Shown here one piece after another: positions 59,991 through 64,000 of a DNA stretch of 64,000 bases. The stretch spans positions 61,663-125,662 of the forward strand of contig CAVZHJ010000002.1 of the NCBI GenBank assembly GCA_963774995.1, written 5' to 3'. The position numbers and the translations under genes are program-made. The first letter of the stretch is position 1. Each line of letters starts with the position of its first letter. Origin of the DNA: an uncultured Alphaproteobacteria bacterium. Lineage in GTDB: Bacteria > Pseudomonadota > Alphaproteobacteria > Rhizobiales > Xanthobacteraceae. The notes under the pieces were generated by a model. That model ran no database searches. It was not told the origin of the DNA and was given only the letters and a program-made list of their open reading frames with translations.

Positions 59991-60967
59991 GCGGGCCGTT
60001 TCCCGTTTGCTGCGGGGCAGACGCGACGAACATGCCTGCGATGCCGTTCGGCAGGAAGCGCAGTGCGACGATCAGCAACGATGCCGTAAAGAACCAGATT
60101 CAGTCCAGGCGCATTGCCGGTCGCCTGCTTCGCGGCTTCGCCGAGCGCATGAAGCACCACCGCGCCGAACAGGGGCCCGAAGACCGATCCCCAAGCCCGC
60201 CGATAATGCAGACGAGCAGCGCCTCGATCGACATTGCCGGTCCGAAGGCGACGTGGCTGTCCACGAACAGGTACTTCTGCACGTAGAAGACGCCCGACGG
60301 TCGCCGCCATGCCGCCCGACAGCGTGATGGCTGCGACCTTGGTGCGCACAAGGTCGATGCCGAGTGCCTGCGCGGCATCCTCGTTCTCGCGCACGGCCAT
60401 CAGGTGCGCGCCGAAGCGCGAATTCTCGAGCCAGAACGCGATCAGGCATCCGAGCACGACGAGAGCCCAGGCCATCAGATAAAGAACGCTGCCGATCGGC
60501 AAACTGGAAATTCTCGCACCGTCGCGAAAGGGGGATCAGCATGCCGAAACCGCTGCCGGTATACTGGAAGGACGAGACAAGCACGCGCGCGACCTCGGCG
60601 AAAGCAAGCGTCACCAGCGCAAAATAGGCGCCGCGCAGCCGATAGCGGAACACCAGAAAGCCGACGAGCCCGCCGAGCGGCGCCTGAACATGCGATGGCG
60701 ATCGCGCCTGCAGCATAGGCATTCACGCCGTGCCGCACCTGCAGCACGCCGGTGCCGAAGGCGCCGATGCCAAAGAACAGCGCATGCCCGAACGAAAACT
60801 GCCCGCCGTAACCGCCGAGCACGTTCCAGGACTGGCCGAGAAACGCGAACATCAGAACCAGCATCCAGAACGACAGCCAGAATTCGGATCGCACGACGAA
60901 CGGAACGCACAACAACACTGCAAGCAACAGCGATCCCAGGATCTTGGCGTTCAGGACTGGCGTTCAT
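59983..60967 (-). CDS. LIV-type ABC permease (LivM-like); frameshifted
   Basis: WNVLGGYGGQFSFGHA-FFG-GA, RLRGAYFALVTLA, AVRENEDAA-ALG. Confidence 0.85.
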
Positions 60968-61843
60968 GCGCGCGCCCCGAACAGCCCGGTCGGGCGAAAC
61001 AGCAGAACAAGGATGAAGATCGACGAAGATGCCGATCTGGCCGAGACTTTCGCCGAAGATAGAGGCCGCAAAGAGCCTCGACGACGCCGAGCAGCAGGCC
61101 GGCCACAAGCGCACCGGCAAAACTGCCCATGCCGCCCAGCACCACGGTCGTGAACGCGACGAGCACAAAGGCGTAGCCGACCTGCGGCGTGACATAGAAG
61201 GCTCGGCAGCAGAAGGCAGGCCGCGGCCGCGACGACCGCCGTGCCGATGCCGAAGGTCATGGCGTAGATATGCTCGACCCGGATCCCGACGAGGCGCGCG
61301 CCTTCGCGTTCGCGCGCCACCGCGCGGATCGCCTTGCCGAGATCGGTGCAGGTCGATGAGCCCCATAAGAGTCGCGGCAGAGCAAAGGCGCCGAAAAACG
61401 CGATAGCTTTGGCCAGCGGGATCAAGTGCCACGCCGAGATCCAGCACCTCGAACGAATAGTCCGTATCGATGGTTCGCGTGGTCGAGGTCCAGAGCCACA
61501 AGCGCCAGATTGTCGATGATAATGGCCAGCCCCAGCGTCACCAGCAGGATGTTCTCGTCCCGCCCGTGGCTTGACGGCTAGATGACAAAGCGCTGCAGCA
61601 CGATAGCCGAGCGCGAAGAACAGCCGGCATCAGCACGAGCAGCGCCAGGTAGGGATCGACGCCGCCGAGCGCGTGAAGAAAGAATGCCGCATACAGCGCC
61701 AGCATCAACAGGCTGCCATGCGCGAAGTTGATGATATGCAGAACGCCGTAGATCAGCGTCAGGCCGAGCGCGATGAGCGCGTAAACCGCCCCCATCGTCA
61801 GCCCGTTCATGACAGCAGGAAGCAGCAAGCCGAAATTGAGCAT
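60964..61843 (-). CDS. LIV-type ABC permease (LivH-like); frameshifted
   Basis: YALIALGLTLIYG---IINFAHG, GKAIRAVA, VVLGGMGS, FRPTGLFG. Confidence 0.85.
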
Positions 61844-61874
61844 GGCCCTGCGATGTTCCTGCGCGGAGGCGAGA

Positions 61875-63118
61875 TCAATTGGCCGGCATCGGGAAAACCG
61901 CTTTGGCCGAAGCAAATTCCTGCGGATAGATGACCTCGACGTTGCTCTTGAGGATCTGGGTGTTGGCCGGCTGCGCGCCCTCGTTCTGTCCGTTGACGAA
62001 CTTTGTCGGACCATAGGGCATGATGTGATCGTTGTAGGTCGACGAGGCGAGCGCCTCGTTGACCTTGGCGCGGTCAGGCGCGCCCGCCCGCTCGATCGCG
62101 TCGGCCAGCACCCGCATGCAGGTGTAGTTCAGCATCAATCTCGTAGGTCAGATCCCACCCCTTCTCCGCCACCTTCTTTGCGAAGGCCTGCGAAAGCGTC
62201 CTTGGTCGGATTGTACCAGTGATTGCAGTCCATGATGTATTCGGCGGCCTCCGGATATTGCTTGGCAAAGGCGATGTTGGACGCGGCGCCGCCGAGCATG
62301 GCATAGATCGCCACCTTCGGCTTCACGCGCTGCTGCTGCAGCGTGCGCGACATCAGGATGAACTCGTTCTTGTAGTTCGACGGAATGATCAGGTCCGGGT
62401 TGGCCTGCTTCATCTGCAGGGCGATGTTGGTGAAGTCGCGCTGGGGGTTGGATGGCTGAGGGTCTGCGTCACCTGGATCCCGAGACCGGGCAGCTTCTCG
62501 TTGAGGAGTTTCGCCATTCCCGATCCAAAGGCGCCGTCTTCGTGGATGATCACGGCGGTCTTTGCCGGGTTGCCGGCAGCGGCGTTGATCTTCTGCAGTG
62601 CATCCAGCGCAACGAGGTGATCTTTCCGAAACCCGGCGCGAAACGGAACGTGTTGGTGAGACCGCGCGTCACAATCTGCGTCGACGACGCCGACATCAAC
62701 GAGGTGCGGCGAGATTGTGCTTGGCCGCTGCCTGTGTGGTGGCGAGCGCGATGCCGGAGGCGAACGGTCCCTGCACCGCAAGCACGCCGGCTTCGGCCAG
62801 GCGGTCGATTTCCGCCGCGCCGACATCGGGCTTGGACTGCGCGTCGGCGAGTACGGCTTCGAGCTTGGCGCCGCCCATCGACTTGATGCCGCCGGCCGCA
62901 TTGATCTCTTCGATCGCGAGCAGCGCGCCCTTGCGACACTGCTCGCCTTCGTAGGCGAGAGCGCCGGTGACCGGATGCAGAATGCCGATCTTCAGACTCT
63001 GGCTCTGCGCACGCAGGATCGCGGGCATGCTGACACCCGCCGCTGCGACACTCGCCGCCCCGACCAGAATATTGCGCCGGGTGAACCGTAAGCCTGCCTG
63101 CTTGCTCTTGTTCGTCAT
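61875..63118 (-). CDS. LIV-type ABC substrate-binding protein (Tat signal); frameshifted
   Basis: TRRNIL signal, KIGILHPVTGALA, EEINAAGGI, D-QSKP, LADAIERAG. Confidence 0.85.
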
Positions 63119-63142
63119 CGCACTTCCCCTTCTCGTTCGGCC

Positions 63143-64000
63143 TTATGATCGTTTACGTGATGGCGGGTTTCGCCCACCCTGCTTCGAGGTCCCGGATGCC
63201 GGAAAGCGACCGTGTCCCGCGGTCTGCTCGCGCGTGAGCGACATACGGTATTCGAAGCGATCCGGCCGATAAAGAATTTCGATATACTGCACGGGCTTGT
63301 CGTTGATGTCTTTCACGCACCGCTTCATCAGCAACAGCGGCATGCCGACCCCGACCTTCAGCCGCGGAGCCGTCAAGGTGTCAGCGGCTGTGGCGGAGAG
63401 CGATTGCTCGGCCGCTCCAACGATGATGCCGGTTCGTTCCAGAAGGTCGATCAACGGCGTCGTGGCCATGTCCTTGGCGCCATAGGCTCGGCCAATATGC
63501 TCGGGCACAAAGGTTGTTGATTGCGAGAGCGGCTCGCCGTCCAGGCTGCGAACGCGCACGGCACGTTGCACAATGGAACCGGGGCCAAGCGCAAGCTGCT
63601 GACGCACGAAATCGGGCGGCGGGGAATAGCCGTACTCGATAACGTCAATGGAGGTCTCGCGGCCGATGGCCGTCAGATTCTCAAGCAGCCCGTCGATGCT
63701 CGCCATGATCGGACGAGCCGTGATCAGCGCCGAAGCGCGACTTGTCACCGTGGTGCCGCGACCACGCGTGCGCTCGACCAATCCTTCGGCCGCCAGTTCG
63801 TCGAGGGCGCGCTTGGCCGTAATGCGGCTGACGTTGAACGCCTCCGTGATCTCCACCTCGCCCGGCAGTACCGAACCGACGGGGTGAACACCACTGGTGA
63901 TGCGTTCGCGCAGGATCACATAAAGTCTGTAGTACAAGGGTACTGGCGACTTTTGCGCGAGCGCTGTCGAGTCAAATGGTCGAACGTTTGGAACGGCCGT
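63143..64000 (-). CDS. GntR/HutC (UTRA) transcriptional regulator; start at or beyond the window edge
   Basis: PLYYRLY, LPGE, FNVSRITAKRAL, RGRGT; C-terminal YRPDRF. Confidence 0.9.
   Translation of the reverse strand, partial: TAVPNVRPFDSTALAQKSPVPLYYRLYVILRERITSGVHPVGSVLPGEVEITEAFNVSRITAKRALDELAAEGLVERTRGRGTTVTSRASALITARPIMASIDGLLENLTAIGRETSIDVIEYGYSPPPDFVRQQLALGPGSIVQRAVRVRSLDGEPLSQSTTFVPEHIGRAYGAKDMATTPLIDLLERTGIIVGAAEQSLSATAADTLTAPRLKVGVGMPLLLMKRCVKDINDKPVQYIEILYRPDRFEYRMSLTREQTAGHGRFPASGTSKQGGRNPPSRKRS

Noticed and set aside
43670-63000. Programmed frameshifting or phase variation as the cause of the broken genes
   Set aside because: Too many indels per gene, in both directions and not at slippery heptamers or long simple repeats

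Overview
GC-rich chromosomal segment that looks alphaproteobacterial (Hyphomicrobiales / Bradyrhizobiaceae-Xanthobacteraceae-like, judged from gene content and palindromic repeat types; this is inference). It is dominated by transport and catabolic genes: a tripartite tricarboxylate transporter, two GSTs, two LLM monooxygenases, a Baeyer-Villiger monooxygenase operon, a quinate/shikimate cluster (quiC, two tandem GntR, TRAP, aroQ, aroE) and a large orphan cluster (GntR, LIV-type ABC, ICL/PEP-mutase lyase, hydantoinase/oxoprolinase AB, Cys-less isochorismatase, flavoprotein, LeuCD-like). I found no rRNA, tRNA, CRISPR array, transposase, integrase or phage gene. The most unusual element is a ~460-nt, heavily base-paired non-coding unit at ~34600-35066 (minus strand) with its own sigma70-like promoter and strand-specific UUCG/GNRA tetraloops. 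It is followed by a REP carrying a nested CATAG...CTATG module, which also occurs in another repeat. Other points: a secreted serpin with an inhibitory-type hinge, a crotonase lacking both catalytic Glu, and dense indel frameshifts at 43.6-46.7 kb and 53.8-63 kb that are probably sequencing errors. All calls come from motif reading by eye, with no database searches. Boundaries of frameshifted genes are approximate.
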